A DNA stretch of 64,000 bases. Source: Azolla caroliniana. Its lineage: Eukaryota; Plantae; Polypodiophyta. Numbering within the stretch: the first letter of the stretch is position 1; each line of letters begins with the position of its first letter. Where the stretch lies: contig JBHGNT010000007.1 in the NCBI GenBank assembly GCA_043228905.1, positions 4,712,001-4,776,000 on the forward strand, read 5' to 3'. Both the position numbers and the translations under genes were made by a program. The notes under the pieces are model-generated. The model was not told the DNA's origin, searched no databases, and saw only the letters and a program-made list of their open reading frames with translations. Of the stretch, positions 39,401 to 51,999 are shown piece after piece.

Positions 39401-40272
39401 TATGTGAGCTAGTCCCATAGGTCATGACTCATGAGTCCCTATTTATTCAAGGATTTTCCCTCCTTGTGTACTTTTTGACTTTTAATATATCCTTAAGCTT
39501 ACCTTTTGCTTTCTCATCTTATGCCTAACTTTGACTAATACAACCTAAGCCAAGCCTAAGTTTAGTTAATTGAACCTAGTCAATTCTAAGGGTAAACAAT
39601 ATGGAGACTCAACATCAACCTCCTCGTTTCTAGTAGGCCATGTGCCTAGTGCATGATGGCTAAATCAAGAGTGGTGCTTGTTAGGTAGCATTGTTTCTCC
39701 TAGTTGAATTCATCGAGCACAGTGATTGTGTTGGAATTTAATTTGTTGGTTTGTGGGGAAATGGGATCATAGGTTCTATAAGAACGCAAACGTGTTCTCC
39801 CACAAAGAGCTTTAACAAGTTCTTCTTTGAAGGTGAGCCTTTGCGAGAAACAAGTGGTCTCTTTGGCCTGCACGAAAGATTGTCCTCCCAAGTTCCATGT
39901 GAAAACAAATGTTTTGTCTTGTGGAGAACCTTGACATGAACTTATTATCACATTGAGCCTAATGAGAGGATTAACTTGTCATGGCTTCTTCTTCTTCTTT
40001 TTTCTAGTACATATATAAAGGGGTTGTAATGATTGAGAGAGATTTAAATTAAATATCTCATAATAGGTTTGAGGCCATTCACATATGTTGTGTTAAGAGA
40101 GATAATGTCATATTAATTAGTTTTAATAACCCTACAAGGCTTAATGTTTCCAATTTAAAATATTGACCATAGGCAACTTGCATTTAAGAAACATGGCATT
40201 TTGTAATTTGTGGGAAACTATTCCCTTTATTAGATAGGATTGGTTAAGGGATGATGGGATTGAAATGTGAAT

Positions 40273-40539
40273 CATAGTACGTAAAATTCGTGTTCGTCTA
40301 GCATAACATTCGTTTTCCTACATTGGAAAACGAATGCAAATGTTATTCAAACATTCTTGTGTTTTTTTCCCCCCTTTTTTTATGGTTTTTTTTTTCCATT
40401 TTTAGACTTATTTACCTCATAATAAATAGTTAATCCAAAAGTATGGTATTTATCATTCTTTAAGGGTGTTTTTCTTACGGGAATGATTGAAACATTCACG
40501 ATTGTGAATGCACGTATGGTACGTATGGTTCATACTATG
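40273..40539. mobile_element. hAT MITE family B, copy 2
   Basis: TIR CATAGTA...TACTATG with perfect 8-bp TSD ATGTGAAT on both sides. Confidence 0.92.
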
Positions 40540-41350
40540 ATGTGAATAATAATCCTTTAGGGTTTCCAAGTTGTATAAAATGGCAAGAGTCCTCACGTGA
40601 AAAGGGCCTTTGGGTTCCCCAACTCTAGGGCTACTTCTGGTCCTCATTCTCTCCCCTTAGCATCCACGAAGAGCTACTTTCTCTCATGTAACATTTCTAT
40701 ACTAATTAATCAATAATTTTATACACATTTTTACTTAGTAATTATCTATTTAATTAAGATTAAAATATTTTTTAATTAGTGTAATGATTATATGTACGTT
40801 AATTTTATATTAACTAAAGAAGGCTTCGACACTTTGACACTTGCGTGGAGTGGAGAGTCAAGACATTAGTGCTTTTATGTGTTTTCATTGGGTAGTGACG
40901 TTTCACAATCCTTTGGTTAGCCCACTAAGAGGAAGGCAACCCCTTGGGACTCAATGGTATGAGTCGTGTTGGCCCTGTTGATAAACACATTTCAATCAAG
41001 AAAAAATTAGGATAAGAAAGCATTGGGGGATATCCTTGATTAAGCATGGCAAATCTACAATTGATGACAAAGTTACCTTGTTTGTCGAAGGCCATGCATG
41101 CACCATCGTGATTCACTACCCCATGATGTTTGGTTTGTCATTGAAGGTTGGGCATTCAAAATCTAAACTAATGAACTTGTCAATGGTTGTTTGCTCATTT
41201 TATAGCTTTTTATAGGAGCTCACTTGTTTGATAATATTATAATTCTTGCTTCTTAGCATGAATTTGTCCTTTTCCTTGCATGGGTGCCTGGATTTGGCAA
41301 AATGTATGTTGACTAATCACAATTACCATACGCTTCCTTGTCATCAATTA

Positions 41351-41585
41351 TAGGAGTCGACAATGGCTCGGTTCAAGCCTGGACCGAGTTATTAAACCGC
41401 ATTTAAACGATTTGGCGTTTTAGTACTTTGGTTGGCTTGGTTTGGCAATGCTCAAGCTTAGGTTTAGGTTTAGGGATTGGTTCAACTCAAAAGTTTGAAA
41501 ACTCCCAAATCGATTAAGGCTTAACCGGTTTGGTTTGGACAAGGCCAAACCAATTAAGCCGAAACTGAACCGTTGATGATTCCTA
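41351..41585. mobile_element. Old hAT-type MITE
   Basis: TAGGAGTCGACAA...TTGATGATTCCTA termini; flanks ATCAATTA/GTCACTTA (6/8 match); AAACCG-like subterminal motifs. Confidence 0.65.
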
Positions 41586-43929
41586 GTCACTTATGCATTT
41601 TAGCTCATCCTTTTTCTTTAATTATCTTTAGCAGGTTCCCTTTTTCTTTTGGTGGTCATTTCGACCTGATTTTGGAGTTCTTTTACAACTTTCATTCTTC
41701 ATGCTTTAGTCCTTCCGCACATGCCACGCCACATCATCATTGTTAAACAAAGTCATAGAAGATGAAGTTACTTTGATCATCATTGAGCTCTTGCCCCATT
41801 TGTTTGTTGAGGTAGGTTTGTCCATGGAATTGGTTGTTGACTTGACAAGACAATAATATTTCAAGATTGGTGGTGACATTGCGTGCCATCGTATCCCATA
41901 CAATCTTCATATTAAATCAATGATGTCAATGGAAAGGTATAATAACAATACATGGGTTCTTTTTGCCTAACACTTAATATTCCATGTCTTTATGGAGAAC
42001 TCAATTTCATTCTAGAGACAATAAGGTTGAGATTATACCATTTGTGTAGGTTGCTACTTGTACAACAAGGAATTTCATCACCTCATGACGTTTGAGTTAT
42101 TGTTGTCACTTATAGAGGCCTCCATTCAAAGCCTATAACACTTCTCGTTTTTACCTTCCGGCACCAAGCTAGAGTTCGACTCTATATATTGTGTTACCAC
42201 TTAGTAGAGTCCTTTGTTTTTAATAAATTGTTGATACCTTGACACATGCTCCTTTCCTAATCCTTTGATGATAGAGCATTCATTCTCCTTAAGTTATGGG
42301 ACTATATTGTTGACTTCCTTTCACATGGGTCTCTCAAGAGCCTTAGTATACGTCACTTGTTCACAAGTGTCAATTCAAGTTACGGTTGGTTTTGCTTCAG
42401 TTTTTACTAGGATTTCTTGATGGTTTGTATTAAGTCAATGGCGTTTTTACAAGGCAATGGGATTTGTAGATTCCTCATTAAGATAGATTAGGTTATATAG
42501 CTAGAACTTTCGATGATGATAGATAATGACTATCAACAAAATTGAGGTAATTGCATCTCTACGACACTTGTAATTACTTGAAAAGAACGCCTTCAGTTTG
42601 AATCCACTACGCAAAATGCCATTTTATTGCCACGGAAGGAAATCATGACATTTAGAATTGTTCAAAAAATACTAATATGCCTCTTGATTATGTTCATGCT
42701 TGGCAATCATTGTAGGTTTCACTTATTCTTGTGGCTCATGTTTCGAATTTGGAAGTAAAGAAACCATGGAAATTAGTTATTTGATAACAAAAACTTGTCA
42801 CTCACAAATTACAGAAATGGCATCAATCATACATTGATTGAAATTAGAGCTTGGTTGGTGGTGCAAGTGTCACTTACATGGCATGCATGTTACAATGTGT
42901 TTTGATGGGGACGAGTATTGGATGCGGACTAATAAATCCATGTTATGTTATGTCAGAATTGTCTCTTTGTTGGGCAATGGTAGGTGAGTTTGGCGACGTT
43001 TTTTTGTACGATGTTTCATGAGGATGCCATGCACAATTTCCTTGCGTGCCCAATTGCTAAACTCATTGGGTTGTTATGTTGCCACCAATACACTCTAATG
43101 GGTTTACCTTCGTGATTTTATAAGGTGTTGTTTGAGTACCTAAGATATTGGGGTCTATGGTGCGATTTGAGTTTGAGAAATGGGTTTGTTTGATGGTCTC
43201 CATGGAATACCATATCTCATGCATAGACGCAAAGGAACATTGACTTTGTGGGTTCTTGCTATCGAGCTCTATAGGAGGCAGCTTGTCCTAAGAAGAGTTC
43301 ACGTTTACATTACCTAGTTCGACATCATCTTAAGAGGAGTTACTTTGCCATAATATTGACATTATTGCTGTAGGGACAACGATCTTTCTTTTATTATGTG
43401 GTCATGTTATTTTTAATATAGAAACTACTTATGATGGAAAAAAGGAGAATGTGGGAGTGAGTGAGGTCGAGGTCATGAGCATGAGCATTAATATCTTGCA
43501 AGGGTCCCCACAAAACTCCGCGTGAATGTTGGGCCAACCAATTATTTAGAACCACAAACTAAACTGGTTAGTTGATCAACTTTTTTGGCCCATGTAAACT
43601 TGACTATTTGCACTTGACTTCATAATCATCGGCTAGTGATCATCTTCAATGGAAAATTGACTTCTTTAGGGACATAACTACACTTCTCGGTTTATCCTTG
43701 TGTTGGAATTGGTCAAGTGTCTTTGGTGAGAGGGGGGGGGGGGGGAGGGAGGGATTTTCATACATACATGGTAGGGACACAAATATAAATACGAGAAAAA
43801 GGAACACAAAGAAGACGAAGGAAAACCTAGAATTGAAGAAAAAACAGACATAAAAATTGAAAAGGAGGAGGAGGAGGAGAAGAAGAAGAGCAGCAAAATA
43901 AAAGGAAAACAAGAACAAGAACAAGTAAA

Positions 43930-44430
43930 GAAGAGAAAAAAGAAAAAAGAAAAAAGAAAAAAGAAAAAAAGGAAAAAAAGAAATAAGAAAATAGGAAAAT
44001 AAGACATAAGAAATAGGAAAATAAGAAATAAGAAATAAGAAATAAGAAATAAGAAATAAGAAATAAGAAATAAGAAATAAGAAATAAGAAATAAGAAATA
44101 AGAAAATAGGAAAATAAGAAATAAGAAATAAGAAAATAGGAAAATAGGAAAATAGGAAAATAAGAAATAAGAAATAAGAAAATAGGAAAATAGGAAAATA
44201 GGAAAATAAGAAATAAGAAATAAGAAATAAGAAAATAGGAAAATAGGAAAATAAGAAAATAAGAAATAAGAAATAAGAAAATAGGAAAAAAAGAAATAAG
44301 AAATAAGAAAATAGGAAAATAAGAAATAAGAAACAAGGAAAATAAGAAATAAGAAAAAAGAAAAAAAGAAAAGAGGAAAGAAGAAAAGAGGAAAGAAGAA
44401 AAGAAAAAACAAGAAAGAAGAAAAGGCCAA
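43930..44430. repeat. Purine-rich minisatellite of interspersed AAATAAG and AAAATAGG units
   Basis: Directly visible at about 43980-44355, with A/G-rich flanks. Confidence 0.95.
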
Positions 44431-44602
44431 AAAGGGGATAAATCAGAAATAAATAAAAGGAGAGAGAGAATGAATGGGGCATAGAGAATAAATAAAAAAA
44501 GAAAAAGAAAACAAAACGAAGGAAATTAGAGAGAGAGAGAAAAGACACGTGGAAAAGCCAATGCACACTGTGTATGTATGTATATGACTGACTTTAGAGG
44601 AT

Positions 44603-44629
44603 AAGAGAGAGAGAGAGAGAGAGAGAGAG

Positions 44630-44681
<52 letters not shown>

Positions 44682-45063
44682 TATGGTGGGGAATCTCTGT
44701 ATTTCTTTATATATTATTATTATTGTTAACATATTATTTATTTATGAGAGAATGAGAGTGAGACTAAAAAGAGAAAAGGTGGGGGGGTATCCATCCATGG
44801 CCATGCCGCCACCCATCCATGACCATGACCATGAACATGACCATAACCCATGCATATGCCCCTCCATCCATGCATATTGATATGCCCATGCTCATGCGGC
44901 TCATGCCTCATCCATCCATCCATCCATCCATCCATACATACATACGCATGACCATGACCATCCATGCCCTATGCCCCACGTCTATCCATACATCCATACA
45001 TCCAAACCCATGACCATGACCATCCATGCATGCCCCATGCCCCACGGCAATGCATCCATGAGC
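44603..45063. repeat. (GA)n microsatellite followed by a CCATG/CATC low-complexity tract
   Basis: (GA)n at 44603-44678; ccatgaccatga and catccatcc repeats at 44790-45060. Confidence 0.85.
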
Positions 45064-45351
45064 CATAGCACGTACTATTCGTGCTCGTTAGCCCAAACAT
45101 TCGTTTCCATACGTATGAAAATGCGCATGTTATGAAAACATTCTTGTGTGTGTGTTTTTAAAAAAAACACTTTTTTACCTTAACTTTCTTACCCTAAAAA
45201 AAAATAATATTGTACTTTATAATAAATAAATATAATGAGTGCAAAAGTATATGGTATTTATCATACTTCGAGGGCGTTTTTTTTTCTTACGCGAATGATA
45301 AGACTGTTCTCGAATGCGAATGCACGAATGGTGAGTATGCTTCATACTATG
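45064..45351. mobile_element. hAT MITE family B, copy 3, about 300 bp upstream of the gene at 45650
   Basis: CATAGCACGTAC...TTCATACTATG, colinear with the 40273 copy. No matching TSD. Confidence 0.85.
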
Positions 45352-45498
45352 CTGACTCCTGAGTATGATCCATCCATCTACACATATACACCCATGGTCA
45401 TGAGCATCCATACAGCCCCCCATGCCCCATGCCCCACGGCCATGGCTTCTTCTCTGCTTCATCCTCAACTCTTCTTCTGAATCACACCACAAACGCCA

Positions 45499-45572
<74 letters not shown>

Positions 45573-45649
45573 CTTCTTCTTCTTCTTCGTCTTCGTCTTC
45601 TTCTTCCTCCCTCCATTTCTTTCCTGTTTGATTTGTCTGCTTCCCTTTG

Positions 45650-45943
45650 ATGAGAGCCATGGCGTCCCTCAGGTTCTCGTCTGTGTCTATGAAGAATAAG
45701 TCCCCCCCCCTTCCTCAGGGTTCCTGTGCCGCCGCCGCCTCCTCCTCCTCCCCGCCTTCTTCTCTGCTGCAGATCCTGCCAAAGGCTGCTCGATCCACTG
45801 CTTCTCTCCTCTCCCAGGAGGAGAAGGATGTCCTCACCTATCTCCTCCATCTCCATCACCGCTTCTTCATCGGACACCCCCCACCTCCATCTCCCCCCTC
45901 CAAGCCCCACTGGACCAAGAAACCATGGAGAAATGGCGTTTCT

Positions 45944-45975
<32 letters not shown>

Positions 45976-47383
45976 TTCTTCTTCTTCTCAGAAGGTAAGC
46001 GAGACTGGAACTCCTTCTGCTTTTCATTTCCGTTTCCGTCTTCTGCTTCTTTCTCCTTTCTCCTTTCTCCTCCTCCTCCTCTAATAAGAGAAAGAGTTCG
46101 CAACTTCTTCATGCTTTTCTGCTTCTCTTAATGTAAGCGAACCTGCAATTTCTTCTTCTTCTTCTTCTTCTTCTTTTGTCATTGCTATCTTTCATTCCTT
46201 CTTCCTCGTTGGTACTTTTTTGTTAAGTAAAAAAAAAAAGAGTGTATAACATGGCTCTCTTCAGGTTCCTCCATCTCCATCTTTCTCATTTCGAGTTCCA
46301 GAGGAAACATCAGGAAGTAAGAAATCTTCCACTTTCTCTAAGGTAACTATGTATCTTGTTTTTTTTTTGAGCTCTTTCTTCTTCTTTACATAATCATGTA
46401 TGAGCGACTTTAAACTTTTCCTTCTGCAACATCTCCGTTTTTCTCATTAACACGTGCTTGTGCAGTCTGTTTCTTGTACAGAAGGAATGGGATGCTGCAA
46501 GAAAGCTTCTTCTTCCTTTAATGCAGATGATGACTCAAACTTCAACTGCGACTGTTTCTGTTGCTATTCCATCTTCTGGAGAAGATGGAATGATTCACCT
46601 AACAGGGACATTATCTCCCAGATCCTTGAAATTGTTGAAATGCAAGATTGCAAGATCTCTGGCATAGCTGAAAAGAACGATCAGGAAAGGAAACAATCTA
46701 TTCATGTGGAAGAAGTAGGTGGAAAGAAACAACGTAAGAAGAAGAACGAGAAGAAGAAAGATGCAGATGTAGCTCTTGAGCTCCAGCCCAAGGAACAAGA
46801 TATGGCTAAAAAGGTTGGGCCGAACAGTGTACACACACAGGCTATAGCTGATATCTCCGTGTCTACAGAATTGAAGGAAAACTTCACCTTTGCAACTCCA
46901 CAGAGTTTTCAGGCTGTCACGAAGAGCACAGCTCTGAAGAAGAAAGGTTCCAAGGGTAAAAGTATGAAGAGCGTAGCTCCATTAGACGAATCTCAGCCTT
47001 GGGTTTCAGAGGTGAACAATGATGCTGAAGAGACAGAACTGAACGTAGCTCTTCCTAATCAAGCTTCCATAGCCACAAGTGCTGGAAGCTCAGCATTCCA
47101 TCATAGCCCGAGGCATCAGGTTTCAGGAAAAAGGAAGAAGAAAAAGAAGAATCAAGTCACACCTCTTGATTGTGAAAGTCATTTAATTGACGAAGAGAAA
47201 GAGGAAAAAGAAGATGACTCAGTTTCTGAAGAAAGTGCCATATTCACAGATACTAGTCTCAAAGAAACAGGTTTCATTGAGCGCGTGGTACGTGGTACTC
47301 TTGGTGGTGTTGCATCACGGCTATGGAACCTTGTTTCTCTGAGATTTGGCAGCCAAAGTGTGGATTCTGATTATTATTACTGA
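45650..47383 (+). CDS. Plant-specific protein of unknown function (At1g12020/At5g13090-like family). Exons 45650-45994, 46265-46342, 46466-47383
   Basis: Family motifs ILP.A....ASLLSQEEKDVLTYLL and FNCDCFCCYSIFWRRWNDSPNRDIISQILE. Both introns are phase-0 GT-AG. Lys-rich NLS-like runs (KRKKKKK). (CT)n(CA)n in the leader. Confidence 0.8.
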
Positions 47384-50300
47384 GCCTTGGATTTCTCTTG
47401 TTTCTAACCTGCCTTTAGCTCTCTCTCCTTTCTTTTCTTTTGTAATAAGTAAGAATACCTCTCATTGCACGTTCTGTTTTTTTCTTGTAAAAAATAACTG
47501 CAGAATCAACCAAAATGGTTTACTTCCAAAGGAGCAATCCTGGGTTTTTGTGCAAAGATAAACTATATTCGAGTTATTAGAACTTGTTTCTCAGGATGCA
47601 CATTGCGTACATCAAATATGGATGATATTAAGAGAAAAAAGAAATAGAAGAAGCAAGGAAAGATTAATGATATTACAGGGTGGAGCAAGTATTTCTATGG
47701 CTATATTTGGGTATCCACTCTGGTAACAACTGAAGAATCTCTCCTTCAATCATCGAAAGGTAGAGTAACATGTCCATGTGTTTGTAAGCTGTGAGTTTAT
47801 ACATCCCATGTAATTCATGATGTTTGGAAATTTAAAGAGAATGCTGGGGTGTTTAGAACTATGAAAAACTTCTTGATATTTAAAACTGTGAATTTTGTAC
47901 TACTGTGTATATGGGGTTATTCATGTGAGAAACACATTAAGAGAAAAACAAAGACATCAGGGATATGCAAGAGGTGTTTTTATTTCTATGGTTACATGTT
48001 TGTATAAAATCAAAGGTCAATGCTCATAATAGTAAATGGTGAAGTAGTGCTAAAGAGGGGAGGGGGGTTGCGATGATGTTCTAAATCCTTGTTTCTTCAG
48101 TCTGAGATAAACAGGATTTCATTATTGGAAGTAAGCCACACTATGATGTTAAGCCAGGGTTTGGATTGTATAATTCTTCATGTAACTTCACCATGATTAT
48201 TTGCTCTTGAATTATACACCATCCATACAAGTATGTAGAGTTTGGTACGTGTTAATGGTTTTAGGTATGCATGTTATTGCTTTGTGTTAATGACATATTT
48301 GTACTCATATTGATTTAGTCCCTTTACATTTAGACATTCGATACATCCCCGTGTAAAGGATTGTTTGATTCATGGTTATGAACATGTTTAAAAGGCTTGA
48401 TGACGTAAAAGGCATGGTAAATGTTAATGACTATATCTTTAGGTTAGCTTACTTTGATAATGGTTAGATTGGTAAAGGGAAACTTTAGCTTTCAATAGTC
48501 ATGAATGCAATATGCCATTATAATTACCCTTCATAATGTCATCGCTAGATGATTGATATGTGATAATTCTTAGATTGATTGCATTTTCTTGAAATGCTTC
48601 TTAAATAGAAGTTTGCAAATGATTTGGTAGTTGCTTTTGGGCTTTTGTATCTTTGGATTTTGCTTGCCTATATGCCTCAAATAACTCATTAATGGGCTTA
48701 ATGTGTTTGTATATGTGCACTTGTCTGGTCCGTCTCTTTCCTCGTATTAGTTGAGTGTCTATGTAATTATATTCATCATGTTCTGCATTATGATCAAACC
48801 ATGACATGTGATATAACACTTGGGCCATAGCTTTATTCGAAGATTGTTTGTATTATTGTTTTGGAAATTCTGGTCATTCAATCTTTTTTATGTTGTACTA
48901 AATTTGCTTTGAACCTGTAAATGTTCTGCTCTATCCATATATAGATATTTTCACATGAAGTCCCTCAACTGACAACAAGTGTGATTGTTAGCGAGAGGAC
49001 TACTTTGTTTGACAGAATACCGAAAAGCCTTGGGTGGCTACAGAAACCTTGGATTAGGTCATATAAAAGAATATATGATGCACAGTGAAAAGAGAAAGAA
49101 GGTTCAAGTTGTTTTTACATATGCTATTCATTGGTGTGATTGGAACATGTTTTCCAGATATTGGGCAATGAGAGGTCTTTCATAAAAGAAATGCCGCAAA
49201 TACTCTTTTGTAACCTCCTTGGGGCATACTTCCCATGTCGATGGAAATCATAGTTGTGAATGGTATGGTGGTCTCATTAGACTTCTCTTACAAAGTCGGT
49301 TTAACTGAAAGTACGAATCCAGGATATTCCATGCTTTGTTTAATGGAAGACATTGGGATGTCTTGATCAGTGGAATCGTAACTTTTCTTGACATTAAGCT
49401 TTAACAACCGAGTGATGTTTGTCTAATCTCATTGTTGTGAATAATAAGAGGGGTAGAGGTGTGGGGTCGAAATAGAAGAAAGGTAAGGGGGTTGAGAGAG
49501 ATTTAAGGATTTAGATAATCAAGGGATGGAGGCTCTTATCTATTACAAAGGTGGGTTTATAGACTTCTATCTTTTATATTTGGAGGGTTGCGTATGAAGA
49601 TGTGGCCGAATATCCAGCAATTTCTTTGTGGCCTTTTGTCGGGTCTTTTTCTTCCCTTTCTCAGCTACTACTTTATCACTTTTTGTATTATAATCCTAAC
49701 TAGTCATGTGTCCTTTTTAGACAGTTATACATGCCCACAATTCCTTAGAGTGAAGTCAAATGCATTATCCATCAGGGTATGGGTGCTCATTGATTTGCAT
49801 GCTTACTTCTCATTTAATTTGGTTTGCTCTTGTTATTTGTTGTTCGTTGTCGACCGTCAAATGTTTGTGTCATTTAAGATATGATCAACTTCAATATCCC
49901 TTGCCAAATTTGTTGTTTGTTGTTGGCGTTCTCATTAAAAATTACATGGAACTTGTTTTTTTGGTTGCCTCATTCAGTCTCTTATCACTTATCTTGATAG
50001 TTCTCTTTTGTTGGGATCCACTATTTTTGTTGGTTCTTGGAAATAGCATGTTCTTGTGGTCCTCTTTGTGTGGCATTGGATGACCATAGGTCATTTTTGA
50101 ATCATTTGACAGTGGACACAACAAGATTGGTTGATTTGGTTGAGGTCCATGGTCATTCCATGTCTTCATACATTGGTTGGATGTAAAAATAATCACATAA
50201 TTATCAATATTTTAGAAGAGAACAATAATTCCTCGTTTGGCTTGAAGACCCTTTAGTGGATAAATGGTTTAACACAATCAATAGTAAAGGTCCAAGGCTC

Positions 50301-51149
50301 TATAGTGGATTAAATGGGTAAAACAATCAATGCTATGGCTACAAGGCTTCTTGGTAGATTGTGTTGTCCTTTTAATCTTAACAGAAAAAACAATATGAAG
50401 AGGAGCTTGGGTGTTAATGTCATGGTAGTAATGGTGTTGTGAAAGAATATAGCTATATATGAATTGTGAGACAGAACTATTCAGGTTTTCAGAGAGATGT
50501 CTCCTCAAATTGAGCTTGACACAGGTGTAGTTCATCAAGTCTTGGGTGGCTTGTCAAGTTTCATTAGGGGAAATATGGAGCCACAAATGTGTGCTTTAGG
50601 ATTAGTGGTAACAAAAATTTGACCAATAGGATGAGAGTGTTTGGGAATTATAGCTCACTAGGTTGCCATTTTAGGTGGCGTTTTTTCATAAGTAAGAAGA
50701 CACACATGTTGCTTGGTGAACATGTTTATTTTTAATACCAAGAAGTATAAGGTCCCTAAATTAGTCAAGGGATTTGGAAGATTAGAAAAAACTTTCAACT
50801 ACTTTAGAAAGTCTAGGTTGACCTACTTCAAATGTATTAAGGTCACAACTTTACAACTAAAGTTTGATATGTATTCCATGTTAAAAGTGTACAAAACAAG
50901 TAAGCCTATTAAGGCAAGCATAAAGATGATGTTTATTCTTGCAAGATCCCTACCTCCGATATAATATTCAAGTACGTAAATACACAATCTAGTCTTTATG
51001 TTTGATTTCATTACAAGAGATGGCAAATGAAGAACAGGAAATGGATCCCGTTACAATTAATGGAAGAAATAAACACATATCTAGAAATCTAGTCATGCTG
51101 GGGTGATAATGGCTCATAGAGACTAGAGCATGTTTGATATTTGAGAGTG

Positions 51150-51500
51150 GCTCATGAATGTTGACACGATGATATGCCCTCTGCATTTTTTTTCATATTG
51201 GATGTCACATGGTTCAAACACATGTGATTCAAGTTTTGTGTTTATTTTTGTCACAATAATCAATTTCATGTTTACCATTCATGACTCATGTTCAACGTTG
51301 TACGAAAAGTCCATGTTTGTGTTCAAATTACAATTTGTTGACGGATCCTCGTTGCATGTAGAAAGGGAACATTTGTTGTTCCTTGGGGGTACAATCCAAT
51401 GTAGAAGAGGCTTAATCCCTTCGTTTCTTCTTAGAATCTCCAAGATTTTTTTGCTTTGGTATTTTGAGAATTGTCATTTATTTAGACAATTAGTAATTGA
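51150..51500 (+). pseudogene. Possible decayed hAT transposase dimerisation domain
   Basis: FFSYWMSHGSNT...SSLHVERE...TIQCRR weakly resembles the W....G / SSS.CER / H.K.RN pattern. Confidence 0.3.
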
Positions 51501-51675
51501 ATATATAATCTCATGTGAATCATTTTCAATATGCACAATATAATTTATTTTTATGATGGAAGTTACATACGGAGATTTAATTGTTTTTGTAACATGTCAA
51601 TTATTTCATGTAACTTTATTAATTTTTTTGTTCTTATAATGATCTAAAGTCGTAATGGTTTGAATTTTGTGTTTA

Positions 51676-51880
51676 TTTCATTGAGATAAAATTTGATGAG
51701 TTATTTTGCATAATAGATAACAGAAAAAAACAAAATATCTTCCATAAGGAGAGACCTTTTTACCCTCACTTTTATTTTTGTTTTCATTGAGATAAAATTT
51801 GATGGGTTATTATTCATAATAGAGAACAAAATAAAATATCGTACACAAGGAGAGACCTTTTTGCCGTCACTTTTATTTTG
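51676..51880. repeat. Tandem duplication, about 106-bp period
   Basis: 'ttcattgagataaaatttgatg...aaggagagaccttttt...tcacttttatttt' x2. Confidence 0.85.
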
Positions 51881-51999
51881 ACTTTAGTTATTAAGGTAAT
51901 AAGCACCCATGTACTCCCGACTACGTGTGAAAAATTGGGAGCCATGGTTGCTATCACTCTTCTATTCTAATACGCTACCTTGTTGGGTAGTTTGAACTC

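Noticed and set aside
25137-40539. Apparent giant DNA transposon bounded by long inverted repeats
   Set aside because: The two ends are independent, oppositely oriented copies of a small MITE. The 40273 copy has its own TSD.
41700-43500. Degenerate coding-like sequence
   Set aside because: Probably old TE debris, but no motif could be read reliably. The same applies to 21500-22900, 25500-26700 and 48900-50700.
43646-44566. 306, 250 and 169 aa Phe/Leu/Ile-rich ORFs that resemble membrane proteins
   Set aside because: They are translations of the AAATAAG/AAAATAGG minisatellite, open in several frames simply because the repeat lacks stops.
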